Shown here one piece after another: positions 1 to 12,371 of a stretch of DNA of 64,000 bases (its first letter is position 1; each line of letters opens with the position of its first letter). The notes below the pieces were generated by a model. That model did no database searches, was not told where the DNA came from, and saw only the letters and a list, made by a program, of their open reading frames with translations. The position numbers and the translations under genes are program-made. Location of the stretch: contig OZ025734.1 in assembly GCA_964019335.1 (NCBI GenBank), forward strand, positions 62,001 through 126,000, in the 5' to 3' direction. The DNA is from Diplonema japonicum. Lineage: Eukaryota > Protista > Euglenozoa: Diplonemea.

Positions 1-777
1 TCTAGTCACCCCTGCTGGTAAGAATTTCCCGACGAGGAGGTCGATCAGGTCTGTTTCGAAAATATAACCCAACGGTATCCAGCTGAGGCAGGCTAGGAGA
101 CATTGCAACGCCTCGCATATCAGTTGTACCTCTTGTTTGCATGATAGGACATACTTTATCATATCGAAGACGGTGCTGAACTCGTTGTTGAGCGCTTGCT
201 TGCGAACGGCGATGTGCTCTTTGGTCATCTTACCCTCGCTGAAATCGAAGATCTCTTCGCTTAACTGTCGAATGATCGCGAGGTTGTTCTGCATGAGAAC
301 GTCGCTTGTTCTCGCCGACGAGACGATTTCTTGAATGAAGGTAGGCCATTTCGCAGGCCAGTCCTTTTTCAGGATCTGCACGAGCGTGTTGTTCATTTTT
401 TCAAGAAGCATCCGGTTTGCAACCAGTTTTTCCGGTGTCCCGCTCATGTCCATGATCATGTTAATGATGAAGTTGCGGACGCCTAGCCGCTGCTCCTCCG
501 CCAGGATGTTCCACCGTTTTGATATTACGTCGTCGACGGTCTGCAGGGAGATGAACTTCGCTGGGGTTAGTTTTGAATTCTGTAAAATTGTGCTCGCCTG
601 CGACCAGGCTTCACTGCTTGTCTTGTACTCCTCCAACACCCGCATGGCGCCTTGGTGCAATGGTGTTCCTGCGTGCTCCCCACTGTACACAACATCCACC
701 ACCCTGTCAAACAGGGTCACATCGATAGGTGCTGTAAAGTTCAGCACCCCCCTCATCTGCTGTATTTGAGCGTCCAT
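1..777 (-). CDS. XPO1: Exportin-1 (CRM1), N-terminal part; runs off the window start
   Basis: Manual translation from ATG at 777 gives MDAQIQQMRGVLNFTAPIDVTLFDRVV...RWNILAEEQRLGVRNFII...KMNNTLVQILKKDWPAKWPTFIQEIV...NNLAIIRQLSEEIFDFSEGKMT...LSWIPLGYIFET, which are CRM1 hallmark motifs. Absent from the ORF track because there is no stop in the window. Confidence 0.93.
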   Translation of the reverse strand, partial: MDAQIQQMRGVLNFTAPIDVTLFDRVVDVVYSGEHAGTPLHQGAMRVLEEYKTSSEAWSQASTILQNSKLTPAKFISLQTVDDVISKRWNILAEEQRLGVRNFIINMIMDMSGTPEKLVANRMLLEKMNNTLVQILKKDWPAKWPTFIQEIVSSARTSDVLMQNNLAIIRQLSEEIFDFSEGKMTKEHIAVRKQALNNEFSTVFDMIKYVLSCKQEVQLICEALQCLLACLSWIPLGYIFETDLIDLLVGKFLPAGVTR

Positions 778-906
778 TTTTTTTTCCTCTTTGAGGGGGG
801 GGGGGGGGTTTTCTCTCTCTTTTTACTTTCTTTTTTAAAAAAAAAGGGGGGGGGAAAAAAATCTATGCATTTCTTTTCTAATTCTATCTTTTTTTTTTTT
901 AAAAAT

Positions 907-2352
907 TTATTCGTCCCAATCCATGAACGCCAGCCTCTCCAACAGGTCTTCTACGGCAGATCCGTAGAACTCAACCGTTCGCTGCATATCGGGGCTTGCC
1001 TTGTTTTTTTGAACGGAGGCCGTGGCTTGAAGCAGTTTGATGAACGGCGCGAGGTACCCCGGACAACCCCCGAAAACAGAAACAGGGTATTCCTTACCAT
1101 TGCAACGCAAAAGCGAGGGGAGAGAAGGGTAGCGCAGAGAAAGAACGGAGGCAGGGATGAAATTCTGAACCGGGACCAAAACAGAATGCGGGAGTAGCGT
1201 TGCTGAATGAGACGAACTCGAAGCAAGGCAAATAGAAGTCCCCGGCTTACAAAGCACAGTACACATCGAAGAAAGAAACGTTGCATCTAACGGAACGGTG
1301 CCAGACCGTCCTGTCCCATCTGTGGCAAATGGTGTACCCGCTGTTTCTACGGAATCAAATAACCAAAATATCTTGTCAAACCCGAAACTCTCCTTAAATA
1401 TCCACGGTAGAGTCAACACCTCTGTGATAAAATCTCCATAACGATTTTCCTCAAATGCCGATCGCAACACCTTCGCGCTCAGCAGCCACGTCTCACATTT
1501 CTCAGATATTTCCGCGGGCAGCGATCCGTTTTTTCTATTCGTCACAATCTTCTTGAAAAACGACGATATTTGCAGGCTCCATTTCCTCAAAACTGGTCGA
1601 TGCGATATGAGGACATCCACGAAATGTTGCACAAGACAGCAATACACCACTCCTAGATCAAGCGAGTTGGTAGCAAGGTAAAGATCCCAGTTCACAGGAA
1701 CGACAAGGGTTGTCCTCCATGTTACGCTGTTTGCCAGCCCCGGGAGAAGAACATGCTTTGCATATAAATACATAATCGTCGATTTTCCTGAATCTTTGGG
1801 ACCTTTAATTACGATCCGCGTGCTTGGGGTCTGAGGGGTTAAGTCGTGCAGCCGGTTCACCATATCGGTTTTTAAAAGAAGATCGGAATCGGTTACGTAG
1901 AGTGATAAAAACTGCTGTTGTGAAATAAGGTCAGTTAAGGCTGTGAGGTGGCTTTGTTTTTCGAGGTTTTCGAGATTTCGATATTTTTTTGCGATGGATG
2001 AACTGCTTGAGTATATGAATTCCTGCCACAATTCGTGCATTTCGGGGCCCAGGAGTTTTAGCGGGGAGGTGAATAGGGCCTTGATTTGGTCTTCTTCTCG
2101 GAGGAGCTGGGGGTTTTCGTCTTGGTCGTCTTCTATTATCACCTCTACTACTGTTTCGGGTTCTTGGTCTTTTTCCGCGGTCGGTGTTTGGATTCTTGCA
2201 GGGGGTTGTTTCCGCTCACACCCTTTGAACCTCCCGCACTTCCTGCATGTTACATTTTCACACGAGCTCAGCGCTTCTTTCACTAGCTTGTCGGTCGCGC
2301 TGCATTTCACCTTTTCCTCTTGGAGCTTTCTTTTTAACTCCTCGATGTTCAT
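907..2352 (-). CDS. Hypothetical protein with a P-loop NTPase-like domain
   Basis: Long ORF; the likely start is MNIEELKRKL at 2352, since the upstream part is homopolymer-derived. Walker A-like GPKDSGKST, Walker B-like IFWLFD, and a C-terminal FGGCPGYL. Confidence 0.75.
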   Translation of the reverse strand: MNIEELKRKLQEEKVKCSATDKLVKEALSSCENVTCRKCGRFKGCERKQPPARIQTPTAEKDQEPETVVEVIIEDDQDENPQLLREEDQIKALFTSPLKLLGPEMHELWQEFIYSSSSSIAKKYRNLENLEKQSHLTALTDLISQQQFLSLYVTDSDLLLKTDMVNRLHDLTPQTPSTRIVIKGPKDSGKSTIMYLYAKHVLLPGLANSVTWRTTLVVPVNWDLYLATNSLDLGVVYCCLVQHFVDVLISHRPVLRKWSLQISSFFKKIVTNRKNGSLPAEISEKCETWLLSAKVLRSAFEENRYGDFITEVLTLPWIFKESFGFDKIFWLFDSVETAGTPFATDGTGRSGTVPLDATFLSSMCTVLCKPGTSICLASSSSHSATLLPHSVLVPVQNFIPASVLSLRYPSLPSLLRCNGKEYPVSVFGGCPGYLAPFIKLLQATASVQKNKASPDMQRTVEFYGSAVEDLLERLAFMDWDE

Positions 2353-3580
2353 TTTCCTCCCCCTCCCTTTCCCCACCTTTTTTTTTTTTCCTCTTTTTTT
2401 TTTTCTCGGAAAAAAAAAAAAAAAAAAAAAAAAAACGGGGGAAAAAAATGGGGAAAACGAGCTAGCGCTATGAATAACTATAAAAAAAAAAAGAAGGGGG
2501 AAGAAATGAAAAGAGAAAAAAAAAAAGGAAAAAAAAAAAGAGCGCGGGGGTTGGGTGTATGCAATTAAAATTAAGAAGGGGAGGAAGGGGGGGGGGGGGG
2601 GGGGTGAGCGCAAAAAAAAAGGATTGCATTTAGGAAAAAAATAATTGGGAAGAAAGAAGGAGAAGGGTAGAAAAAAGAAAAAAAAAAGGAAAAAAAAAGA
2701 GAGAATGGGATATTCTTATCGTTGGTCTTCCTTTTTTTCCCTCTCCCTCTCGTCTTTCTTTTTTTACTCCCCCCCCCTCCCCTACTTTTCACATTCATTC
2801 CCTTTTCCCGGCTACAAAAGTCCTGTTGTGTGGCTTTTTCAAAAGAAGAAAGAAAGAAAAAAAGCCTTTTCCATTTTCTTTCTTTTTATATTCAAAAGCC
2901 ATTAACAAATTTAAAAATAAAAGCAGGGAGGGGGAGGAATGAAAAAGGCGGGGGGGCTTTAAATTACGGGCAGGATAGCTTCTTCTTTGAGCTCCTCTTT
3001 TTTTTTTTCCCTTTTTTTTTTCCCTTCTTGTATTTAATTTCTATTAGGGGAAAAAAAAAAAGAAAAAAAAAAAGAAGAAGAGCTGGAGCTTTTCCCCTCC
3101 CCCCCACCCCGCCTACAGTCCTTTCGGTGCGAAGAAAGAACTTCTTTTTTCTTTTTTTCAAAAAAACATATTTCTTTTTTTTTCAAGTTCCCTTCCTTAA
3201 GGTGGTGGGAGGGGCATGAACATTTGACATAATAATTTGAAAAAAAAGAAAAAAAAAAAAAAAAAAAAAAAAAGAAAAGCACATTTAAAGATTGGGTAAT
3301 CGGGTCGTACAGAACATAGAAGAAGCGAAGGTGAAGTACGCGCTGTAAATGAAAGGAGGGAATCTAGCCATAGCGTCCAAGGAGGCCTTGGAAACATAAA
3401 CCTAAAGGAATTAAGATGGAAAGAAATATTTCACGGGCAGGCCTCCCCCCCTCCTTCCATTTTTCCCTCCCTATCTCTAAAAGAAAAAGAGAAAAGAAAA
3501 AACAAGTTTCCCTCCTGTGCATTCCCCCCTCTTTTTTCATTTTCTTTCCAGAAAAAAAAACAAAAAAAAAAAGAAATGGC

Positions 3581-3618
<38 letters not shown>

Positions 3619-5854
3619 CCTTTTTTCAATCTATTTTTTTTTACCCCGCCCGATTTTCTTTTTTAAGAAGAGAAAAAAAAGAAACCCCGGCTCTACAATT
3701 TGAGCATAAGAGCCCAAACAAAGTGTAAAAAAAAAAAAAAAAAAGAGAGGGGCCTGCATTCAGGCTGCACCAACCTGTGCAAAGGTTCGAAGATGTTCAA
3801 AAAAAAAAAAAAGGTTGCTTTTTTTTTTTGTTCTTCCTCTCTCCACCTATATTTTTTAACAAGTAAAAAAAAGAGGAAAAAAAAACTATTTTTGACCTCC
3901 TTCCTCCCTTTAATTGAGGTAGCTATAGGGAGAGAGGCAATGCAACCAAACAAGAAGAAAAAAAGAAAAAAAAAACGGAGGTTGATTTTGGGGAGGGAAA
4001 AAAGTAAAAAAAAAGGGGGGGGACCCACACGTTAGTCGTACCTAGGCAGCAGGTAAAAAATAAAATAAAAATAAAAATAAGAGGAACTAAAATGAAAGAT
4101 ATAAAGCATAAGTCAAGGGAAGGGGAGGAGAGGCGATTAGAAAAGTGTGTTTCAAGGGGCAAAGAAAAAAAAAAGAGAAAAAAATTATGTTTGCCTTTCC
4201 CCCCACTTTTTTTTTTTCTTCTTTTTTTTTCTCTCTGTTTTTTTGTGTTGAGGTGGTAAAAAAGCTTAGTTGAGACTGGTAGGCACTGATTAAAAGTCCT
4301 TTAAAAAAGTTTTTTTTAAAAAATCCAAAGTTCGCTCGGGAAAGGAAAAAAAAAAAAAAAAAAGGATAATAAATAATTATAATAATAATAAAAGGAAGAG
4401 GACTATTTTTCGTTTAACAGCCCCCTTCCTCCTGTCTTTGTTTAACATTTAACATTAAATAGATTCGCTTTTAACTTTTTGAAAGAGAAACAACAGGAGT
4501 GCGAAAGTGTTTTCCCTCTCCGATTTCTCCCTTTCATTTTCGCTTTTGCTTTGCATGCTTTTCTATTTGTTGGTTTTCTTTTTGTGTTCCCCTTTTTCTT
4601 TTTCTTTTCCCGAGCTTAAACCGGATTTCTTTATTGTTTTGCTTCTTTTTTCGATGGTGAGAGCAGAGAAAAGGGGGAGGGAGGGGAAAGAAGAAAAGAA
4701 AGAGCAGGAAAAAAAAAGAAAAAAAAAAATACACTTTTTATTTTTATTTTTTTTCCCTTGTTCTTTTTTTCGTCCCCCCCTCTCTTTCCTCTCGTTGAAA
4801 AAAATTAAACGAAATTGGATTGCAGAAATGGGGGTTTTCTTTTTTTTTTTTTTTCCCTTTTTTTTTTCTTCATTTTAAAATGCTTTTGAAGTGTTTCTTT
4901 TTTTAGTCCCCATGCTGATGCATAATAGATACAAAAAAAAAAAAGAAAACTCACTTTAAAAACCTCCGAGACTGGTCTCAGTCAGGGAGAGGAAAAAAAA
5001 AAAAAAAAAAAAAAAAAACAGGGGAGGGGAAAGATCTTTTATTAGCGGCTGCTGCTCCGTGCTGCGCAATGCCATTTCAAGTATTCCATAGGCAATATAA
5101 ATCTAAGGGCTAATGATTTATTTAAAATAGGTAGTTTAATAGGTTTAGTCCTGGAAGGGAAGAATTTTAAAAAAGAAAAAAAAAGAAAAATTACAACAAA
5201 GCCGCAAATTCATTTTCGATGTTTCCCCCCCCCCCCCCCCCATGTTCCTATTACCTGATTAATAAAATAGAACACAATTTTCACAGAAATCCACTGGAAA
5301 AAAAAAAAGGGAAATCTTTTTCTTTTATTCTCTCTTTTTTTTTTTTTTCTTTTTCTTTTTGCTTGGGGGAAGAATAATGGATAAAAAGGATGTAAAATAA
5401 AGTAACGGTGTGGAAAGAATGGAAAGGGGGTGAACGGGATGAGGGGGGGGGGGGGGGGAAGGAGAAAATAGAGAATAAGTAAAAGGTTCAGGAAGAAAAA
5501 AAAAAAGAAAAAAAAAACCCCCCTACCGCAACAAAATCACAAAATAGTATATTTTAAATAGCGGGGCACCTGATTAACTGTCACAAATTCTAAAGCAATA
5601 TCTCTCGCTTCCTTTTTTTTTTTTTTAAACTTTTAAATTGAGGTGGGAAAGAAGAGAGAGAGAGAGAGGGGGGGGGGGGGGGGATGGAAGCACGTGTTGT
5701 GTGACTTCTTTTCTTTTTTCTTTTTTTTTGTTTGAGCAATAACTCACTGCGCTGGGCAGACGTTGCCATTTCTCTATTTCTTTTTTTCTCTCCCTCCCTT
5801 TTTTTTTTGTATGAAGTTGCTTAGTGGCGAAAAAAGAGTTGCGTATTGGGAGGG

Positions 5855-5885
<31 letters not shown>

Positions 5886-6876
5886 CACCTTCCTTTTTTT
5901 TTTGATAACTACAACTGTTTCTTCTGAATCAAAAAAAAATAATAATTTTCTCTTTTTTTTTTGTATAGGTAGCCTACTTGATGCTTTCCTTACTTTTACG
6001 TCCCCCTTCCCCCCCTTTTTTTTTCTTTTGAAAGGGAATATAACGTATATGTTTTTTTTTGTTTTTTTTTGTTTGGGGGGGTTTTTTTTCCCTACAAAAT
6101 TCTGTTTTTTTTTCTCTTCTTCTTTGCTAATTAAACCTTTCTCGCTTCCCCCCCCCCCCCCCCCCCCTCTAACTCTCACTGGACGTGAGTTCTTCTTGCT
6201 TTTTTTTTTTTTTTTTTTTTCCCAATTTTCTTCTTTTCCCTTTGTATTGTCCTCCCCACCCCTCCTCTAAAAATTAAGAAAAGGTTACAAAAAAAAGGGG
6301 GAAAACGAAAAAAAAAAAAAAAAGCACAGAAAGGGTGTTTAGAGATGAAACGTATTTCTTTTCTTCGTTCGTTCACTAGGTTCTTTATTTATTTTTTTAG
6401 TGTGAGTGTGATAAAATTTTGGTGGTCTCTTTGGGGGAAAGGGAATTGTGAGGGAGAAAGAGTAATTTCATACAAAAAAAAAAAAAGAAAAGGTGAGCGA
6501 TTTCCTTGTAAAATTTCCAAAAAAAAAAATAGTTGATTTACCACAGTAGTGGTGCACTGGTAGTCTTGCCCATAGCAGGTTATGGACAAACAACACCTTT
6601 GCCGATGAGTAAAACAACGAAATATTTTTCTTTTAAAAAATATAAAAAAAACCAAGATTACTATAGACGGTAGAATCCCCCTCGCTTTTTTTTTTTTTTT
6701 TTTTCTTCTTTTTTTTCTCTTTTTTTTTTTCTCTGAAATATTCTTTTCAATTCTTTTTATTTTTTTCTCGTTTAAAAAAAAAATAGGGAAGAAAGAAAAA
6801 AAAAAAAAAAAGGAAAACAAAAAAAACACTAAAACAAGAGGACGGGGGAGAAGGGAGGGAAGAAGAAAGAGAAGAT

Positions 6877-6912
<36 letters not shown>

Positions 6913-8274
6913 GCCATCTCTGGACCCCTTCTCAGGTGTTAACCACCTTAACCAGAAAAAAAATCCCCTTAGTGTTTAAGGGATCGTGTCATGAAGATTT
7001 TCTGACTTTTGGTTGGTGGTGCATACAGCTGCAAAATGAAGCTAACAAAAAAGAGGGCAGCAGGTGACAGGGATTCAAAAAAAAGGGGGGATGGAAGAAG
7101 AAAGAAGAAGCAACTTACTCTTTATTTTTTTTATTTTGTTTCTCTCTTTTTTTTTTTCTTTTTTCTTTTGCCACTAAGCTTAACTAAGGCACCGTGATAA
7201 CCATTGCCCTTTCCCTTCCATCTCCCGTTCCCCTTTCCTTTAAAGCGGATGTTTTTGAGGGGTGGGGGGGGATGTGGAGGGGACTAATATCTGTGAGATA
7301 GATGAGGCCCTTTTCTGCAAAAAAAAAAAATCTTCTTCCTTCTTATTACGTATTTTCCTGTTTAAATATTAAAACATTGGAATGGGGGGATGTAGGGAGT
7401 GTTTTCTTTTTTTTTAAAAAAAGAAATCTTTTTTTCTCTTCCCCCCTTCCATAGAGGGTAGGGTGGTAAGTAGCTTTATAAAAATTTGTGTGAAGAGGGG
7501 TGCAGGACGGAGAATTTCTTTTTTTAAAATACTTAATTCCTTCTTTTTCGTCATTTTCTTCACTCTTTAGGGGCCTCATAAAAACATAACGGGCAAGTAG
7601 AAATAAGACTTAGAAAGTGAAACCGAGACCCCCCCCCCCCCCCCCCTAGTGCTTAGAAGAGTGGGTGACTAGTTACTTACCAAAAGAAAATGAGCCACAC
7701 AAAGGTACAAAAAGAATTCCCTGTTTATACCCCCCCTTTTTTTCCCCCCAAATTCAAGGGGAGAAAAACAACGAAAAGTTTTTTTTTTTTTTCCTCTTTT
7801 TTTTCTTTTTTTTTTTGAATTCATAGTATCTACGGGACTGATCACCCAGCGAGTTTTTCAAAGGTATTCTTTTTGCCCGAAATATGGGTTTTCTGGACCG
7901 ATCACGACTATGATTTTTTTTTTTTTTTAAATTCCCAAAACCCACTATGATCGAAATCTAAACTTGCGGGGAGAGGGGGGGAGGGGGGTTTCGTTCCCCC
8001 CTCCTCAAAAATTTGACAGTGATCGGTAGGTTAACCTTGGAACACTATTTGCTCATTATATTCTTTTTTTTTATTTTATTTTATTTTTTGTTTTGGTTTC
8101 AAAAACCGACGGCGTGATTCAATTCTCCCCCCCCCCCCCCCCACCCACCCACCCACCCTCTTTTTTTTTTCCTATCCCCCGGGAAGCTTTTTTCTTTCAA
8201 AAAAAAAAAAGAAAAAATTAATTCCCGGTATTCACTCCCTTTTTTTTTTTTTTTTTTTTTAAATCTGTTCCCGC

Positions 8275-9282
8275 TCACTTCCTGTGCGTCAAGAACAAGG
8301 ACAGCCTAAGCGCCGGCTTGGGCTGGTTGGACACTTCATCATCCACATGAATAAACCTCGGCTTAAAGATCACATCAAGACTGTCCTGCTCCAACATAGC
8401 ACGAGCCGACGTAACCGCCTGCACGGTCACGTGAACCGACTCTGCTCCCATTGTGAGGATCCCAATGGTACGCCCTTGCTGCCCAGGGCCCCTCATGAGC
8501 TTGGCGATCGCACCGGCTGTCTTCCTCACATGAGAATTCGCGGAAACCCTGATATTGACGTCCAGTGGAGTTGCCGTGTCACAAGTGTCGTCAGCAGACA
8601 GGTTTGGGATGCCTTCCGCATGAAACTTAACATTTCCATCTGACTCCTCATCCTCTTCAGGATACGTGGGTGATACAAGCAATGTCATACCCTCTTGAAC
8701 AATAAATGTCCTCGCCAACGCCATTGCCTTAACAGCCTGGTTGGACCCTTCAACGCCCAGAGCGACAATATCTGCTGTTCCGTGCTCGCGAACGCGTTTT
8801 GCAATTGCGCCAGCAAGGCCTGAAACAGGTGTTGTGGAGGTGGATTTCAAAGGAGGTACTGCAACAGCGGGCTTGCTCGGCTCGGGGGACGCTTTTCCGG
8901 AGGAAAGCAGCGGGATGTTCGACAGTTTAATACTGCCAGAGTCTACGGAATCGTGGGTCATGTTGGATTCGACTTCCTCTTTGTCAGCGCAGCTGCTGTT
9001 GCTGTTAAGCGTGCTTGAGGTAGCTGTCGGGACCAACGGTAGCATTTGAACCTGTTGCTGCTGAGCCAGCCTCTGAGCCAGCATGAGCTGTTGTTGCTGT
9101 TGGGCTAACCATTGTTGTTGAGGCATCATAATCGGTGCCATCATCATTTGAGTGGTGTTGTTCGTGCTCAATGTGTTCAATGTGCTGAGGTCGGCAAAGC
9201 CCTGCCCCGGTTGCTGGATGTAGAATAAAACAGGCTGCTGCAGAACCTGCTGGACTGCCGGGGGGTTTCCTGCGACTTGCAT
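8275..9282 (-). CDS. Protein with a Q-rich N-terminus and two tandem SpoVS (Alba-like fold) domains
   Basis: Two repeats match the SpoVS pattern: LKSTSTTPVSGLAGAIAKRVREHGTADIVALGVEGSNQAVKAMALARTF and IRVSANSHVRKTAGAIAKLMR...ILTMGAESVHVTVQAVTSARAML. Confidence 0.8.
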   Translation of the reverse strand: MQVAGNPPAVQQVLQQPVLFYIQQPGQGFADLSTLNTLSTNNTTQMMMAPIMMPQQQWLAQQQQQLMLAQRLAQQQQVQMLPLVPTATSSTLNSNSSCADKEEVESNMTHDSVDSGSIKLSNIPLLSSGKASPEPSKPAVAVPPLKSTSTTPVSGLAGAIAKRVREHGTADIVALGVEGSNQAVKAMALARTFIVQEGMTLLVSPTYPEEDEESDGNVKFHAEGIPNLSADDTCDTATPLDVNIRVSANSHVRKTAGAIAKLMRGPGQQGRTIGILTMGAESVHVTVQAVTSARAMLEQDSLDVIFKPRFIHVDDEVSNQPKPALRLSLFLTHRK

Positions 9283-10286
9283 TTTTTTTCTTCTTTTTTT
9301 TTTTTAAAAAAAAAAGGATGAAAGATAGAAGAAGAAAAAAGAAAAAAACGGGAAGGGACCGTGTGAAAATATAAAAAAGAAAGAAAAAAAAAAGGGGGAT
9401 GGGAGAGCTGCCTAGGGTACTTAGCTAACGGGTGAAAGGAAAAAAAAAAAATTAGCCCTGTGAGTGTGTGTGTGTTTTTTTTTTTTTTTTTTTTTTTTTT
9501 TTCTAAAAAAAAGAAAAGTTCAATAACAAGAGGGAATATCGGGGAAAGAAAAAAAAAAAAGAAGAAGGAAAAAAAAAAAAGGAAAGGGGGGAATGAAGAT
9601 AATAATGAATAAAATAGTCAAAAAAAAAGAATAAAAAAAAAGTAGAAAGGGGCATGGAAGGGAAGGAGCACAGAACAAAAAAAGTACAAAACGCGGAAAG
9701 AAAGAAAAAAAGGGGGGGGGACCTTTAGAAATAAATAAACATGAATTGGTGCATCCCCCCCTCCCCCCCCCTCTTCAACCTCCTTTTTTCTTTTCTTCTC
9801 TTTTTTTGGTAGAAGTTTTTCTCTTTTTTTCTTCTCTCGATGAGAAAAAGAGGGACACAGGAGATCAGGGAAAAAAAAAAAAAAAAAAAAAAAACAGAAC
9901 AAAACTCGGGTTTGTTTTTGTGCACACGCAGGGGTGGGGGGGGGGGGGGGGGGTGAACTCTTTTTTTACGTAATTCTAGTCATTTATATAAACTATCGCT
10001 TTTACTCTCCTTCCCTTCTCCTTTTCTTTTTTCCATCCTTACGAAACATAACCAGTTACACGGAATGAAGAGGAAGAAAAAAAAAAAGAAAGAAAAAACT
10101 ATTCTTGGAAAAAGGGGGGAGGGAACATGCAGGCCCAAGTAAAATAATCTTCCAGCTCATGATATTTCTTTTCTTTGAAAAAAAAAACTATTCTTTTAAG
10201 GTATGAGTTTTTGCGCTCACCGCCCCCCTCCCCCCCCCCAAAAAAAGAATGGAGGTAGTTTTGTTGGAGAACTTCGTAGGGAGACA

Positions 10287-10322
<36 letters not shown>

Positions 10323-10365
10323 CCGTCATATCTCAAGCAAGGTCGGTCTGCGAAACTTTTCAGGG

Positions 10366-10396
<31 letters not shown>

Positions 10397-10863
10397 CCCT
10401 TGTTTCGATCATTAGGGAGGTCCAGCCCTGATGGACTCTTGATAGGTTATGCCTCTTGACGGACCCATCCCAAAAAACTTACGCTTTTTTTTTAAAATTT
10501 CATTCCCAGCCATTTGGAGATATGGGGGGGGGGAGGGGGGGAAGCAAATAAAAAATAAAACAAAGGCAAGGGCAGGGCAGAGTTTTTAAGGGGGGGGTAT
10601 ATTGAATTGAACAATGATCAAATGGGAAAGGGACAACAAAAAAAAAGGAGCAAACCACATCGCTTTAAGGGGAGGGAGAGGGGTAGGCCCGGTTTCTCCT
10701 CTCCTACTTTTTTTTTTTTTTTACTAAGGGGTACCTCTTCTCGAAGGAAAAACACAACAAAAAAAAAAAAACATTCAATGCAACTCGTAGAATACATGCA
10801 CGCCCCACCCCCATACCTTTATACTATAAAAAAAAAAAAAAAAAAGAAGAAGAAGAGAGAGGG

Positions 10864-10910
<47 letters not shown>

Positions 10911-11531
10911 AAGACAATCACAGGGGAAGATTACACGGAGGAAATAAAAGGAAAATAAAAAAGTTTTGAGTTATTTTCTTTCGGTTTTGTGTGTTCAAAC
11001 AGTCGGTTCAATTGTTTTCTTTTTTTTTTTCTCTTTTTGTGCACCTCTATTACATTAAAAGCTTTTAGGAATTTAGGTTTTTCTTTTGGCTGGAATTATA
11101 CTTTTTTTTTTAAGATGTTCGTCCTAATCCACTGAAGTGGAAGTGAGGTATTTATCAAAAAAAAGGAAATTGGGGGTGAAAAAATCTTATCCTAAAAAAA
11201 AAAAAAGAAACTTTTAGTTGCAAAGGTAATGCTAATAAAAAGAGATTTTCTTTTTTTTTTCTTTTGCAACTACCGCTGCCCAACAAAAAAAAAAAACTAT
11301 CATAAAGGGAGAAAGGAGGGACCAATGCATGTTTTTTTTGGGGGGGAACAAAAAAAAACAAAAAAAATAGGAAAGGGAGGGGGGGAAAAAAAGTGAAACA
11401 AAGTGGTATAAATATTAAAAAAAAAAGGTAACCTATGTTGTTGCTTTTTTTTTTTCCCCCCTCCCCATTTTTTTCTTTTTTGAAACAGAATAGTTTTCCA
11501 CCCTCTTTTTTTTTTCTTTTTTTTTTTTTTT

Positions 11532-12241
11532 TTACAAAACATCATCTCGAATAAATCTGTTCCCCTCCGAGAATTTCCCGGTGTAAAATCTCCTTTGCTT
11601 TCCGAAGGTAGCTTGTTGCTTTTTAGAGGTGGCTTGTTCCAGAAGCTTATTGGTTTGCGCCTCACCGACAACAGAGGTGTCTTGTTCTTTGGCCTTCGAG
11701 ACTTTTAGAAATTGGCCTTTTGAAGATGCTTTTTCCCGCTCAGCAGGGAGAACGGGTGCGAAATCCAACAGCTGAAGACTGGGCAGCCTGTAAATAGTAT
11801 ACAGTCTATACCGTTCCAGCTCGTCCTTAGAGTTCCCAGAAAGCTCAGATTTACAACAGTCGTTTCCCATCAAAGACAAGTATTGCAACTGCGGTACCTG
11901 TTTGGCCAAAACATCGAGGGTGGCGTCGTGGTCCCCTATCTTATTCTTGTTCAGCCACAACGTTTTCAGTTTTGGCAGACAGGGCATGCCCTCAACAGAT
12001 TCCAAAAGGTTGTTGTCCAGCGTCAGCGTCTCGATGCTCGGGAACTGCTCCAGACCCTGATGTGTGTTTTGGTTTGATTTCTTTTTATAAAAAAAAAAAA
12101 AAAGAAAAAAAAAACACGAACCTTCAAACCCGTGATCCTGTTATCCGACAAGTCCAGCAAGGCCGCCTTATCATTCGCCTCCAGCCCGTCGATCGCTTCA
12201 ACATCGGAGCTTACCAAACGTATTTCAATCCCGTCACTCAT
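11532..12241 (-). CDS. Leucine-rich repeat protein (SDS22/U2A'-like with LRRcap), 2 exons
   Basis: Exon 1 is MSDGIEIRL...LDLSDNRITGLK, followed by a GT-AG intron at 12057-12121. Exon 2 is GLEQFPSIETLTLDNNLL...LSLMGN...YRLYTIYRLPSLQLLD. Confidence 0.85.
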
Positions 12242-12371
12242 TTTTTTTTTTTTTTTTCCCCCGTCTTTTATTTTTTTTTTTCTTTTTGGAAGGGAAAAAA
12301 AAAAAAAAAAAAATCGCAATAATCTAGTCAGAGAGTGTGGGATGGGATGGGATGGGATGGGGGGGGAAAAA

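Noticed and set aside
28-45. CCGACGAGGAGGTC, matching the family A P3/L3 motif
   Set aside because: It lies in exportin-1 coding sequence (DLLVG) and has no P3 closure or P1 partner; coincidence.
2353-8200. Many ORF-track ORFs rich in K, F, G and P here and in all spacers
   Set aside because: They are translations of homopolymer runs that lack stop codons; the same applies to the N-terminal extensions on real genes.
11318-11328. GGGACCAATG match to the ribozyme B 5' end on the plus strand
   Set aside because: Only 10 nt, with no downstream P2 or P3.
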